NCBI GenBank assembly: GCA_021323375.2
Contig: JAJPCT020000013.1
Span: 1-16,229, forward strand
Source: Candidatus Wolframiiraptor gerlachensis
Lineage (GTDB): Archaea > Thermoproteota > Nitrososphaeria_A > Caldarchaeales > Wolframiiraptoraceae
Direction: 5' to 3'
DNA length: 16,229 nucleotides
Below the pieces are notes generated by a model. The model was not told the origin of the DNA, did not search any database, and was given only the letters and a program-made list of their open reading frames with translations. Position 1 is the stretch's first letter; each line of letters starts with the position of its first letter. The position numbers were made by a program, and so were the translations under genes. Positions 1-10,102 of the stretch are shown in pieces.

Positions 1-11
1 AGGAGGGCTTG

Positions 12-290
12 ATGGAGATAATCGTCTCAAAGAAAGGATTTGATGGACTATCGAATATTCCTGTTAAGCATGGGGAGCTATGGGTTGAGGAGCTTGAGGA
101 TGGGAGATTCGCCATTAATCTGGATGACCCGGACGATCCCAAGATCACTTGTGCCGAGGTTCAGGTGGTGCATGAGGATCTAGAAGAGGAGACTATCAAG
201 GCCAAGGGCGTCAAATACGTAATCATAGGGGATATTCCGGGTATGGGTAGGGCTAGATTCGTGATGATGAGGAGGAGTTGGGGAGGTTGA
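12..290 (+). CDS. hypothetical small acidic protein (92 aa from ATG 12; ORF track starts at TTG 9)
   Basis: Open frame 9-290. GGAGGG at 2-7 lies 4 nt upstream of ATG 12. No family motif recognised. It sits at the window edge inside the indel-prone region, so its true extent is uncertain. Confidence 0.4.
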   Translation: MEIIVSKKGFDGLSNIPVKHGELWVEELEDGRFAINLDDPDDPKITCAEVQVVHEDLEEETIKAKGVKYVIIGDIPGMGRARFVMMRRSWGG

Positions 291-490
291 AGAAGAGGAA
301 GGAGGGTAGGAGGCCCATTATTAGGATTGCTAGTTCCTAGGAGATAGCAAGCCGTCCTGACTTAAGGCATGATCATTATATCCCGAGGCATAGGGTTTGG
401 GAATGTAAAGAGGTGGATAAGTCGGAGAGGAGGAGGGCTTTACTGGAGGCATGGCTGAAAGGCGAGGTAAGCTCCGAAGAGCGAGTAACG

Positions 491-500
491 CTATAAAATA
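491..500 (+). promoter_or_regulatory. TATA-like box upstream of the methyltransferase pseudogene
   Basis: CTATAAAATA is centred about 37 nt before ATG 533. GGAG at 520-523 lies between them. Confidence 0.4.
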
Positions 501-532
501 CCTTGACAGATATCTCTCCGGAGATAGGTTGG

Positions 533-1674
533 ATGGTGATTTACGAGGAGCGCTGGGATCTCGGCAAGCTGGTCACATTCGTCCCGAACAAGAAGACCCC
601 AATCTATAACTGGTTTTTTCTTTAAGGAGGGCTTCTCTCGCGAGTTCGCCCACATGATGCTCCGGGAGTTTGAAGTGGGCCCGGGCTCGATGGTCTTGGA
701 TCCATTCCTTGGATCCGGTAACGACCCTTCTAGCATGCAAGGAGCTGGGTATAGATGGTGTGGGCGTGGATGTGGCCCTGCTCGCCGTCTTCGTGAGCAG
801 GGTCAAGATAGCAGATTATGATCTCGAGAAGCTTAGGAGGACTAGTGAGATGGCTCCTAGGCCAGCCATTCAGGAGGCCGGACCCTCTCATGCGTCAGCG
901 GATTTGTTAAGCAATTCTTCCTAAAGCCGTCGCTCGAGGATATAATCTTCTTTAGGGAGAAGATTCGTGAAATTGAGGACCCGGTTGTTAGAAACTTTTT
1001 CACACTGGCTCTGATGAATGCAGCTATGAAGGTCTCGCTAGCATACAAGGATGGCGCTGTCCTGAAGGTGGTGAGAGACAAGCCCGTCCCACCATTCAGG
1101 AAATTCTTCAGAAGACTTGTCAAGAGAATGATAAAGGATTTGACGAGGCTGAGCTTCAAGCCATGCAGGCTCGAGGTATACTTGGGTGATGCTAGGAGGA
1201 TGGATTTCCTTGAGGATGAGATGTTCGACGCGATAATAACCTCGCCACCCTACCTCAACAAGATCGAGTATACCAAGGTATATAGAATCGAGTATGAGCT
1301 CTTCTTTGGTGACGTGAAGATCGATCCTGTCAGGGTCTTACCTCGGGCTGAACCCGAAGAATATCGTGGATCAGTTTCCCGAGCTGAATCTGCCAGAGGT
1401 TGCGAAGGCATATTTCCATGATATGCGGCTCTGCTTGGAGGAGATGTTCAGGGTTCTTAAGCCCGGTGGGAGGGTCGCCCTCGTCGTCGCCGGGGAGTCT
1501 TCCCCGATAGGGTTGTCGAGTCGGATAAACTGATACTCGAGCCTCGCCGAGAGAGTCGGGTTCGAGCCGGAGAGGCTGATAGCCGTGAATAAGAGGGTCG
1601 CGACAACTAGAAGGGTGATAAAGATCGGGGAGGCGAGGGAGAGCATACTCATATTCTCGAAGCCAGGCGTCTAG
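533..1674 (+). pseudogene. SAM-dependent DNA (N6-adenine/N4-cytosine type) methyltransferase, disrupted by six frameshifts
   Basis: N-terminal PIYNWFFFKEGFS motif. Motif I is VLDPFLGSG|TTLLACKELGIDGVGVDV (693-774). Motif IV is DAIITSPPY (1227-1253), followed by RVLKPGGRVALVV and a C-terminal ESILIFSKP. Reading this family-consistent peptide needs frame changes at T6 614-619, AA 720-721, somewhere in 861-924, GGG 1333-1335, GGGG 1492-1495 and CC 1542-1543. TATA-like CTATAAAATA 491-500 and ATG 533 give a plausible start. Stop is TAG 1672-1674. Confidence 0.75.
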
Positions 1675-1686
1675 GAGACGCGCCGT

Positions 1687-1699
1687 AAACAATTAAATC
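1687..1699 (+). promoter_or_regulatory. TATA-like box for the FAH-family gene (leaderless geometry)
   Basis: AAACAATTAAATC is centred about 27-29 nt upstream of ATG 1723. Confidence 0.45.
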
Positions 1700-1722
1700 A
1701 TCCTCGCATTTTAGGGGGCAGC

Positions 1723-2598
1723 ATGCGGATCGTGAGTTATCACTTTGAAGATGAGCGGGACTATGGCTTCCTAATCCTGGGGAACAGCGTGATACCGAGA
1801 GACTTTCTCGAGAGTGCTCTCGGCATGACTCTTCCAAGGGATGTTAGAGACCTCTTGCCGGATAGGGAGCTCGTGGAGCTTATTGAGTCCGTTATTAATA
1901 AAGTTCCGGTGGAATCTATATCTCTTGAAGAACTTCATCTGGGTCCGCCGATACCGAATCCCGGGAAGATAATCTGTCTCGGCCTGAATTATCTCGACCA
2001 TGCGCTTGAGGCTGGGATGGAGCCTCCCGAGGGCATGCCGATATTCATGAAGCCTGCAACGGCGCTCACAGGTCCGTTCGACCCCATCATAAAGCCGAGG
2101 CATGTCGAGAAGCTGGACTACGAGATAGAGCTGGCTATCGTGATAGGCAGCCGATGCAGGGACATAGAGCCGAAGGAGGCCTATGAGAACATCTTCGGCT
2201 ACATGATCCTAAACGATGTATCGGCTAGGGATATACAGTTTAGGGATGGGCAGTGGACTCGTGGAAAGATTATGGACACATTCGCGCCGACGGAGCCATG
2301 CCTAGTTTCCAAGGAGGAGGTTGGAGCCCCTCATAACCCTCAGGATGCTCACGACCGTGAATGGGGAGGTAAGGCAGAGCTCCTCCACATCCAATATGAT
2401 CAGGAAGATCCCCGAGATAGTCTCGATACTGAGTCAGGGGTGACCCTCGAGCCCGGGGACATAATAGCTACGGGAACTCCAGCGGGCGTCGGGGTATTCC
2501 AGAAGCCGGAGCCAAAGCTCCTACAGCCCGGGGACGTCGTCGAGATGTGGATCGAGAATATCGGGACAATAAGAAACCACGTGATCACGATCGAGTGA
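1723..2598 (+). CDS. fumarylacetoacetate hydrolase (FAH) family protein with an internal 34-codon out-of-frame stretch
   Basis: FAH-fold motifs: GKIICLGLNY, DYEIELAIVIG, LNDVSARD, QWTRGK, EPGDIIATGTPAGVG. Residues encoded by 2338-2440 (PQDAHDREWGGKAELLHIQYDQEDPRDSLDTES) do not fit the family. The +1 frame over the same bases reads LRMLTTVNGEVRQSSSTSNMIRKIPEIVSILSQG, which matches the family consensus. Confidence 0.85.
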   Translation: MRIVSYHFEDERDYGFLILGNSVIPRDFLESALGMTLPRDVRDLLPDRELVELIESVINKVPVESISLEELHLGPPIPNPGKIICLGLNYLDHALEAGMEPPEGMPIFMKPATALTGPFDPIIKPRHVEKLDYEIELAIVIGSRCRDIEPKEAYENIFGYMILNDVSARDIQFRDGQWTRGKIMDTFAPTEPCLVSKEEVGAPHNPQDAHDREWGGKAELLHIQYDQEDPRDSLDTESGVTLEPGDIIATGTPAGVGVFQKPEPKLLQPGDVVEMWIENIGTIRNHVITIE

Positions 2599-2674
2599 AG
2601 CCCCGCCCACCATATGTAGCCTAGTGAGGGAAAACTATAAGCTCGGGCAAGCCGCGTTTCTCGGCGATCATAGG

Positions 2675-3828
2675 ATGAGCTCTAGAAGATTTGATGTTGT
2701 GGTTGTTGGCGGTGGGCCGGCGGGTGTCGCCGCCGCAAAGGCCTCCGCTAAAACAGGCGCCAAGACTCTTCTGCTTGAGAAGAACCCGGCCATAATGGCT
2801 GATTAAGCCATGTGGGCAGGCGGTTAGCTCGCATACATTCGAGACGGCTGGTGTTAAGCCGACGCCGCCCATGATATTGAATAGGGTGAGCGCGAGGGTG
2901 TATGCGCCGAATGGAAGGGAGCATAAAGATACCGGAGACCGGATATCTGATAAACAAGACCCTGCTTCTCCAGGAGATTGCGGTTCAGGCGGCGGAACAT
3001 GGCGCTGGAGATCCATGTCAATGAGCCGTTCATAGATTTCGTGAGAAGGGGGATGGGCTGATTGTGAGGACCCCTAAAGCGGAGTATGAGTGCTCAGTCC
3101 TCATCGGCGCTGATGGATACAATTCTAGGGTGGCGAGAATCCTCGGCGTTAATGAGAAATCCGAGCCTATTCCAACGCTCCAGTATCTGATGGCTGGATC
3201 GAGGCTTGAGAATGTGGATGAGATCAGGATCTATGTGGGTAATGGGATCGCGCCAAGGGGCTATGCATGGCTCTTCCCCTTCAGCGAGAGGATGGCCGAG
3301 GTTGGGCTAGGTGTTAGGGGTGCGCCTCTTAAGCCCTACATGGACAAGGTTCTTGAGATTCTCAGGAAGGAGCTCAGCTCGGCCCAGATAATAGATAATC
3401 GCGGCGCCCCGGTGCCTGTGGGCGGCGTGATAAGCAAGTATATCTTCGATCACGTGATCCTGATAGGCGATGCCGCAGGCATGGTTATACCCATGACTGG
3501 CGGTGGAATACACTCCTCGATAGCCGCGGGGATCGCCGCGGGAGAGGTAGCTGGAGAAGCATCACAGGAGGGGGATGCGTCGGAGGAAAGGCTCAGGACA
3601 TTTGACCAGAAATATAGGCCTTGGCTCGAGAGGATAAGGAGAAGCCTTAAGGTATTGAGGATCTTCGAGAGGCTTAGCGATGAGGATCTAAATGAGCTGG
3701 CCGAGATGCTTAGCGATGAGGATATAGTGGATCTTGCGAATGGGCTTAATGTCGGAAGGGTTGCGAGAAAGCTTCTAAGCCATCCAAGGCTGGCGGCAAA
3801 GCTTGCAAGACAGCTCCTCAGCATCTAA
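2675..3828 (+). pseudogene. geranylgeranyl reductase family flavoprotein (digeranylgeranylglycerophospholipid reductase-like), disrupted by four frameshifts in its first third
   Basis: The N-terminus is MSSRRFDVVVVGGGPAGVAAA (FAD dinucleotide fold, frame 2). The peptide continues as KPCGQAVSSHTFETAGVKP...VYAPNGRE (frame 3), IKIPETGYLINKTLLLQEIAVQAAEHGA (frame 1) and EIHVNEPFIDFVR (frame 2). The intact frame-1 ORF 3064-3828 follows, with VLIGADGYNSRVAR and LIGDAAGMVIPMTGGGI. Shifts lie at TT 2803-2804, about 2921-2931, GG 3007-3008 and GGGGG 3048-3052. Confidence 0.85.
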
Positions 3829-4925
3829 AATCGCGAACCTAGAATTGATGATGCTTGGAAATCCATGTCACCCCTCTTAGAGAGGTAGAGGCTTCCCATC
3901 CTAGATGTCGCGATAGCGGTTAAGAGGTCGAGAAGGGGCGAGCTCATCCCGCCGATGAGCCTCCGGAGAAACGCTATTCTCCAAAGCTCCTCGACCACCC
4001 TCCTAGCTTCTGCTAGGAGTTTTTCCGATGAGCTGCCCCTAAGACTCGCAGCTATGGCTGAGGCGATCCTCGCGGCGATAAGCCCTCCCATGATAACGCC
4101 CCCACCCGTCGTGGCCTTCACATGGCCCGCGGCATCACCAACCGGAACAAACCTCAATGGAAACAGCATCGTGCTGTCGAGGGGGCTACCCGTATAAATG
4201 ACATGTGATGATGCGCTGAGGCATCGTGCATCCGGGAACTCCTCAACCAAAAATCTTCTCAGCAGCTCCCTCAAGTTAGGTGATCTAGACGCCACACCAA
4301 GCTTCCCCAAGCTCCCATCAATTGGTATCAGGTAAGCAAAGAAGTCGGGCAGATAATTCTTCAAGTAGATATAGACGAATCTCTTATCGAGGCCATGATT
4401 TTCCACGATCAGCTGGATTATCGGGATCCATCCCTTCGGCTCGGTTCCGGCTCCGAGAAACCTTCTCAATAGGGCTGCTCCAGCCCCCTCAGCATCTATT
4501 ACCCATGATGATTGATATATTTCATCACTAGCCGTTATCAGGAATTCTCCCCAACATCTCTTGACAGCCTTGACCCTGACCCCACAAATTATCTCTGCTC
4601 CAGCATGCTCCGCCTGTCTCGCAGCCTCCTTGTCGAAGATGCTCCTGCTAACGACCGCCGCGACGGGCTTACCCGCATCGAGAACCCTCCATCTCCCACC
4701 AGAGCTTTTTATCATCGCTCCCTTCACAATATTCTGGAGATATCTTCCATTCGCCGAGAATCCAAGCCTTTCGAGCCCCGAGATGCTTAGAAGGCCGGCG
4801 CATCTCTCCGGCTCACCGATCTCTCTATGCTCCTCAAAGACCACCACCTCAGCGCCAGCTCTAGCCGCCTCACGCGCCGCGATCAGGCCCGCTGGCCCTC
4901 CTCCGATTACAGCTATCTCAATCAT
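3825..4925 (-). CDS. FAD-dependent oxidoreductase, geranylgeranyl reductase family paralog (intact)
   Basis: 366-aa intact ORF. N-terminal IAVIGGGPAGLIAAREAARAGAEVVVFEE Rossmann motif, PERCAGLLS, and VGDAAGHVKATTGGGV near the C-terminus. ATG 4925 lies about 27 nt from a TATA-like box. Confidence 0.85.
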   Translation of the reverse strand: MIEIAVIGGGPAGLIAAREAARAGAEVVVFEEHREIGEPERCAGLLSISGLERLGFSANGRYLQNIVKGAMIKSSGGRWRVLDAGKPVAAVVSRSIFDKEAARQAEHAGAEIICGVRVKAVKRCWGEFLITASDEIYQSSWVIDAEGAGAALLRRFLGAGTEPKGWIPIIQLIVENHGLDKRFVYIYLKNYLPDFFAYLIPIDGSLGKLGVASRSPNLRELLRRFLVEEFPDARCLSASSHVIYTGSPLDSTMLFPLRFVPVGDAAGHVKATTGGGVIMGGLIAARIASAIAASLRGSSSEKLLAEARRVVEELWRIAFLRRLIGGMSSPLLDLLTAIATSRMGSLYLSKRGDMDFQASSILGSRF

Positions 4926-4947
4926 CCTCTAGAATCCTCTCGCCGGG

Positions 4948-4960
4948 ATACAATAAAATA
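4948..4960. promoter_or_regulatory. AT-rich box in the divergent GGR-paralog / acyP spacer
   Basis: ATACAATAAAATA is centred about 29 nt from the minus-strand ATG 4925. A second AT-rich patch, GTTTAACGATAT (4975-4986), could serve acyP. Confidence 0.4.
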
Positions 4961-5016
4961 CCGGGCCTATCTAGAGTTTAACGATATCCCGCGAGGTGAG
5001 TGTGAAGGCTTTGAAG

Positions 5017-5289
5017 ATGGCTCGCGCCCATGTGACGATAACCGGGAAGGTTCAGGGGGTTTTCTACAGGGTTAGCGCGAAGAAGATGGCGGATAGGCTT
5101 GGTGTGAAGGGGTGGATTAGGAATCTTCCGGATGGGAGGGTTGAGGCGGTCTTCGAGGGCGAGGAGGATGCAGTGAAGCGCATGATCTCGTGGTGCTGGG
5201 TCGGGCCGCCGGGGGCAAAGGTGATTAGCATAGACGTGGAGTGGGAGGAGTATCTCGGCGAATACAAGGATTTCCGGATACTCTACTAG
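5017..5289 (+). CDS. acyP: acylphosphatase
   Basis: The protein opens with MARAHVTITGKVQGVFYR, and GWIRNLPDGRVEAVFEG matches the two acylphosphatase signatures. The ORF track starts at GTG 4996, but the family normally begins just before the V.G.VQGV motif, so ATG 5017 is preferred. Confidence 0.85.
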   Translation: MARAHVTITGKVQGVFYRVSAKKMADRLGVKGWIRNLPDGRVEAVFEGEEDAVKRMISWCWVGPPGAKVISIDVEWEEYLGEYKDFRILY

Positions 5290-5337
5290 CCGATCCACGA
5301 GCTATAATAGTTATAAGATGGTGCTGGGAAGGTATAG

Positions 5338-7527
<2,190 letters not shown>

Positions 7528-7529
7528 GT

Positions 7530-8300
7530 CTAGACGACTGGAAGTCCAAGCCCTTTCAATACCTCAATGAACCTGGCAGCATCATCGGCCATGTAGACGT
7601 TGTTGAAGAGAATATATGCCCTCCTCCCCTCCTTCAAATATTTCTCAACCAGCTCGGCCAGACTTCTTAGATCAGAGTCCGTGTACTTGTACCTGTAGTT
7701 GTATTCTTTTCCGCCTATACCATGGAGCCTGAAGTATACTAGCTGGTGTGATGACTGGGGCTGGCATCTGAATGGATCTACGACATGCACGAGGTCGAGC
7801 TTGTCGCATAGCCTGCCAACGGCCTGGAGGTTATCCCTCCACGTCCCTCTCGGCTCCCAGCCCAGGATCACGCTATCCCTTCTTATCGCTGAGAAGAATG
7901 CTTCGACATCCTTAACATTTTCCTCGCTATATCCGAAGGATGCCGGCGTCTGGAGGATGCAAACCTCCGCCCTCATCGCCCTACATACCTCGAGGGTCTC
8001 CTCCCAAGCCCTGAAATTCTCCTCAGTAGGCCTCAGGAAACCATATCTATCCTGCCTCGACTTGGGTGTCTTAAGGCCGCTCCTCTTCCAAGTTGGGCTG
8101 CTCGGCGGATGGGTAACAACCTGCCAAGCCTTCATACAGAACCTAAAGTTCTCCGGAGCATTCCAAGCCCACTTCGCAACAGTCTCCGGTCTAGGAAGCT
8201 TGTAAAACGTCTCCTGAACCTCAATTATCGAGAATCGGCTATAATAAGCGTTTTTACCACCCCTAACGCACCAGCCGCAACAGCCAACCCTAACCTCCAT
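7530..8300 (-). CDS. DUF72 (UPF0759, YecE-like) family protein
   Basis: 256 aa with GCCGW, YYSRFSIIEVQETFYKLP, VAKWAWNAPENFRFCMKAWQVVTH and a C-terminal YILFNNVYM..DAARF pattern, all typical of DUF72. Confidence 0.8.
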   Translation of the reverse strand: MEVRVGCCGWCVRGGKNAYYSRFSIIEVQETFYKLPRPETVAKWAWNAPENFRFCMKAWQVVTHPPSSPTWKRSGLKTPKSRQDRYGFLRPTEENFRAWEETLEVCRAMRAEVCILQTPASFGYSEENVKDVEAFFSAIRRDSVILGWEPRGTWRDNLQAVGRLCDKLDLVHVVDPFRCQPQSSHQLVYFRLHGIGGKEYNYRYKYTDSDLRSLAELVEKYLKEGRRAYILFNNVYMADDAARFIEVLKGLGLPVV

Positions 8301-8376
8301 GAGGGGTAATGCTGTATAATTCCAGACAAATTTTTCCCCCGGAGTGCCTAGGGGAATAATACTTAAAGCTGGCGCT

Positions 8377-8386
8377 CTTTAAATTA
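8377..8386 (+). promoter_or_regulatory. TATA-like box for rtcB (leaderless geometry)
   Basis: CTTTAAATTA is centred about 25 nt upstream of ATG 8406. Confidence 0.5.
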
Positions 8387-8405
8387 TCCCGTTGGGTGTT
8401 CATTT

Positions 8406-9860
8406 ATGCCGCAGGTGCCGCTTGAGAAGCTAGACGAGGTGGTTTGGAGGATTCCTAAGCATAGGCCGGATATGCGCGTCCCGGTCCTAGTCTTCGCCTC
8501 AGAAGATCTTTTGGAGAAGATGATGCAGGATAGGACGCTTATCCAGGCGGCTAATGTCGCGACCCTGCCGGGGATATTGAAGCATGCCGTGGTTCTGCCG
8601 GATGCGCATGAGGGCTATGGGTTCCCGATAGGCGGGGTTGGCGCAACTGACTATGAGGAAGGCGTGATATCGCCGGGAGGGGTCGGCTATGACATAAACT
8701 GCGGCGTCAGGCTTATGGTCACGAACTTGGATGAGAAGGATGTTAGGCCGAGGATACAAGAGCTTATCAACACGATCTTCAGGAATGTTCCATCTGGCCT
8801 CGGCTCTAAGAGGAGGGACTTCCAAGTTACTAGGAGCGAGCTTGACAGGATAGCGGTTGAGGGCGCTAAATATGTAATCGAGAAGTTTGGGCTCGGGTGG
8901 CCCGAGGATCTGAAGCATATCGAGGAGGAGGGCTGCTTGGAGGGCGCCGATCCAAGCTATGTGAGCGCGGCTGCGAAGGAGCGGGGACTACCACAGATAG
9001 GCACGCTGGGGAGCGGAAATCACTTCCTCGAGGTCCAGGTTGTTGACAAGATATTTGATGAGAGGGCGGCCAAGAGAATGGGCATAACTCATGAGGGGCA
9101 GGTAACAGTCCTCGTCCACACTGGTAGCAGGGGATATGGTCATCAGATCTGTAGCGATTATCTAAGGGTCATGGAGAGGGCGGCGCATAAGTATGGAATA
9201 AGGCTCCCGGATAGGGAACTGGCATGCGCTCCAGCGAAAAGCAAGGAGGCTGAGAGCTATCTAAAGGCATTCTCCTGCGCCGTAAACTTCGCCTTCGCGA
9301 ATAGGCAGGCGATAAGCCACTGGGTTAGGCAGAGCTTCGCCGAGGTCTTTAAGCAGCCCGCAGAGACCCTCGGCCTCGAGCTGGTCTATGATGTCGCCCA
9401 CAACATCGTCAAGCTAGAAGAACACGTGGTGGATGGTGTCCGGAGAAAGGTCTGGGTTCATAGAAAGGGCGCGACGAGGAGCTTCCCAGCCGGCCATCCA
9501 CTGGTTCCAGAGGATTATAGGGATATTGGGCAGCCCGTTCTCCTGCCTGGATCCATGGGGACCGCGAGCTGGGTTCTTCTCGGGAACCCGAGGGCCATGG
9601 AGATGACCTTCGGCAGCACGGCTCATGGTGCTGGCAGGACGGCGAGCAGGGCCGAGGCGAAGAGGAGGCTCACGGCAACACAGGTAATACAGGATCTTAA
9701 CAGGAGGGGGATATACATCAAGAGCGATAGCATGGAGACTGTTGTCGAGGAGGCTGACCAGGCCTATAAGAATGTCGACATAGTTGCCGAGGTAAGCCAT
9801 AGGGCGGGCATAGGGACCAAGGTCGCGAGGCTCATACCAATAGGCGTTGTGAAGGGCTAG
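8406..9860 (+). CDS. rtcB: RNA-splicing ligase RtcB (3'-phosphate/5'-hydroxyl RNA ligase)
   Basis: 484 aa with PDAHEGYGFPIGGV, GYDINCGVR, GSGNHFLEVQ, HTGSRGYGHQ, HNIV, GSMGTASW, HGAGR and a C-terminal PIGVVKG. No intein. Confidence 0.95.
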   Translation: MPQVPLEKLDEVVWRIPKHRPDMRVPVLVFASEDLLEKMMQDRTLIQAANVATLPGILKHAVVLPDAHEGYGFPIGGVGATDYEEGVISPGGVGYDINCGVRLMVTNLDEKDVRPRIQELINTIFRNVPSGLGSKRRDFQVTRSELDRIAVEGAKYVIEKFGLGWPEDLKHIEEEGCLEGADPSYVSAAAKERGLPQIGTLGSGNHFLEVQVVDKIFDERAAKRMGITHEGQVTVLVHTGSRGYGHQICSDYLRVMERAAHKYGIRLPDRELACAPAKSKEAESYLKAFSCAVNFAFANRQAISHWVRQSFAEVFKQPAETLGLELVYDVAHNIVKLEEHVVDGVRRKVWVHRKGATRSFPAGHPLVPEDYRDIGQPVLLPGSMGTASWVLLGNPRAMEMTFGSTAHGAGRTASRAEAKRRLTATQVIQDLNRRGIYIKSDSMETVVEEADQAYKNVDIVAEVSHRAGIGTKVARLIPIGVVKG

Positions 9861-9865
9861 GGTGC

Positions 9866-10102
9866 ATGTTCGGGAAAGAGGCCCTTAGCCCAATAATGTT
9901 CCTCGGAATAGTGCTGGTGATCGTGGGGATAGTCCTAATAGTCCTGCCCCTCATAGCGAGGGTCGGGATAAGACTCGAGGACACTCATCCACTAATACTC
10001 CTCGGGAGGAGATTCGATGGGATCTATATCGGGACATCGCCAATATTAATCATAATCCTAGTCGTGATATATGTTGTGCTCCTCTTGTTGAGGCGCGGCT
10101 AG
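9866..10102 (+). CDS. small membrane protein, two predicted transmembrane helices
   Basis: 78 aa. ATG lies 5 nt after the rtcB stop, preceded by GGTG. Two long hydrophobic stretches (IMFLGIVLVIVGIVLIVLPLIA and SPILIIILVVIYVVLLLL). No family recognised. Confidence 0.5.
   Translation: MFGKEALSPIMFLGIVLVIVGIVLIVLPLIARVGIRLEDTHPLILLGRRFDGIYIGTSPILIIILVVIYVVLLLLRRG

Noticed and set aside
1-634. Exact 10-mer AGGAGGGCTT occurs three times (1-10, 431-440, 625-634)
   Set aside because: There is no extended similarity beyond the 10 nt. It is purine-rich codon or Shine-Dalgarno-like sequence (GAG GAG GGC TT) in a Glu/Gly-rich coding context. This is too little to call a repeat element.
2621-3016. 131-aa minus-strand ORF over the 5' third of the GGR pseudogene; also 3450-3824 (minus) and 4561-4932 (plus)
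   Set aside because: It looks prominent only because the sense gene is fragmented by frameshifts. The sense-strand pieces join into a canonical GGR N-terminus, and the antisense peptide has no recognisable features.
533-3063. Programmed ribosomal frameshifting or transcriptional slippage as the explanation for the frameshift cluster
   Set aside because: There are twelve events in both directions across three unrelated genes, most in runs of only 2-4 nt, with no slippery heptamer or stimulatory structure. Recoding does not plausibly act this way. Error or decay is far more parsimonious.
4205-4218. Box C/D sRNA-like motifs: GUGAUGA then CUGA at 4205-4218; AUGAUGA at 4505-4511, 13193-13199 and 15835-15841
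   Set aside because: All lie inside coding regions. The spacing is wrong (only 4 nt between C and D' at 4205) or the matching D/C' boxes and terminal stem are missing.
7699-8205. 168-aa plus-strand ORF antisense to the DUF72 gene, and 174-aa ORF 10165-10689 antisense to the phosphoribosyltransferase
   Set aside because: The opposite strand carries clear family motifs. These translations are Ser/Leu/Pro/Arg-rich and typical of antisense frames in GC-moderate coding DNA.
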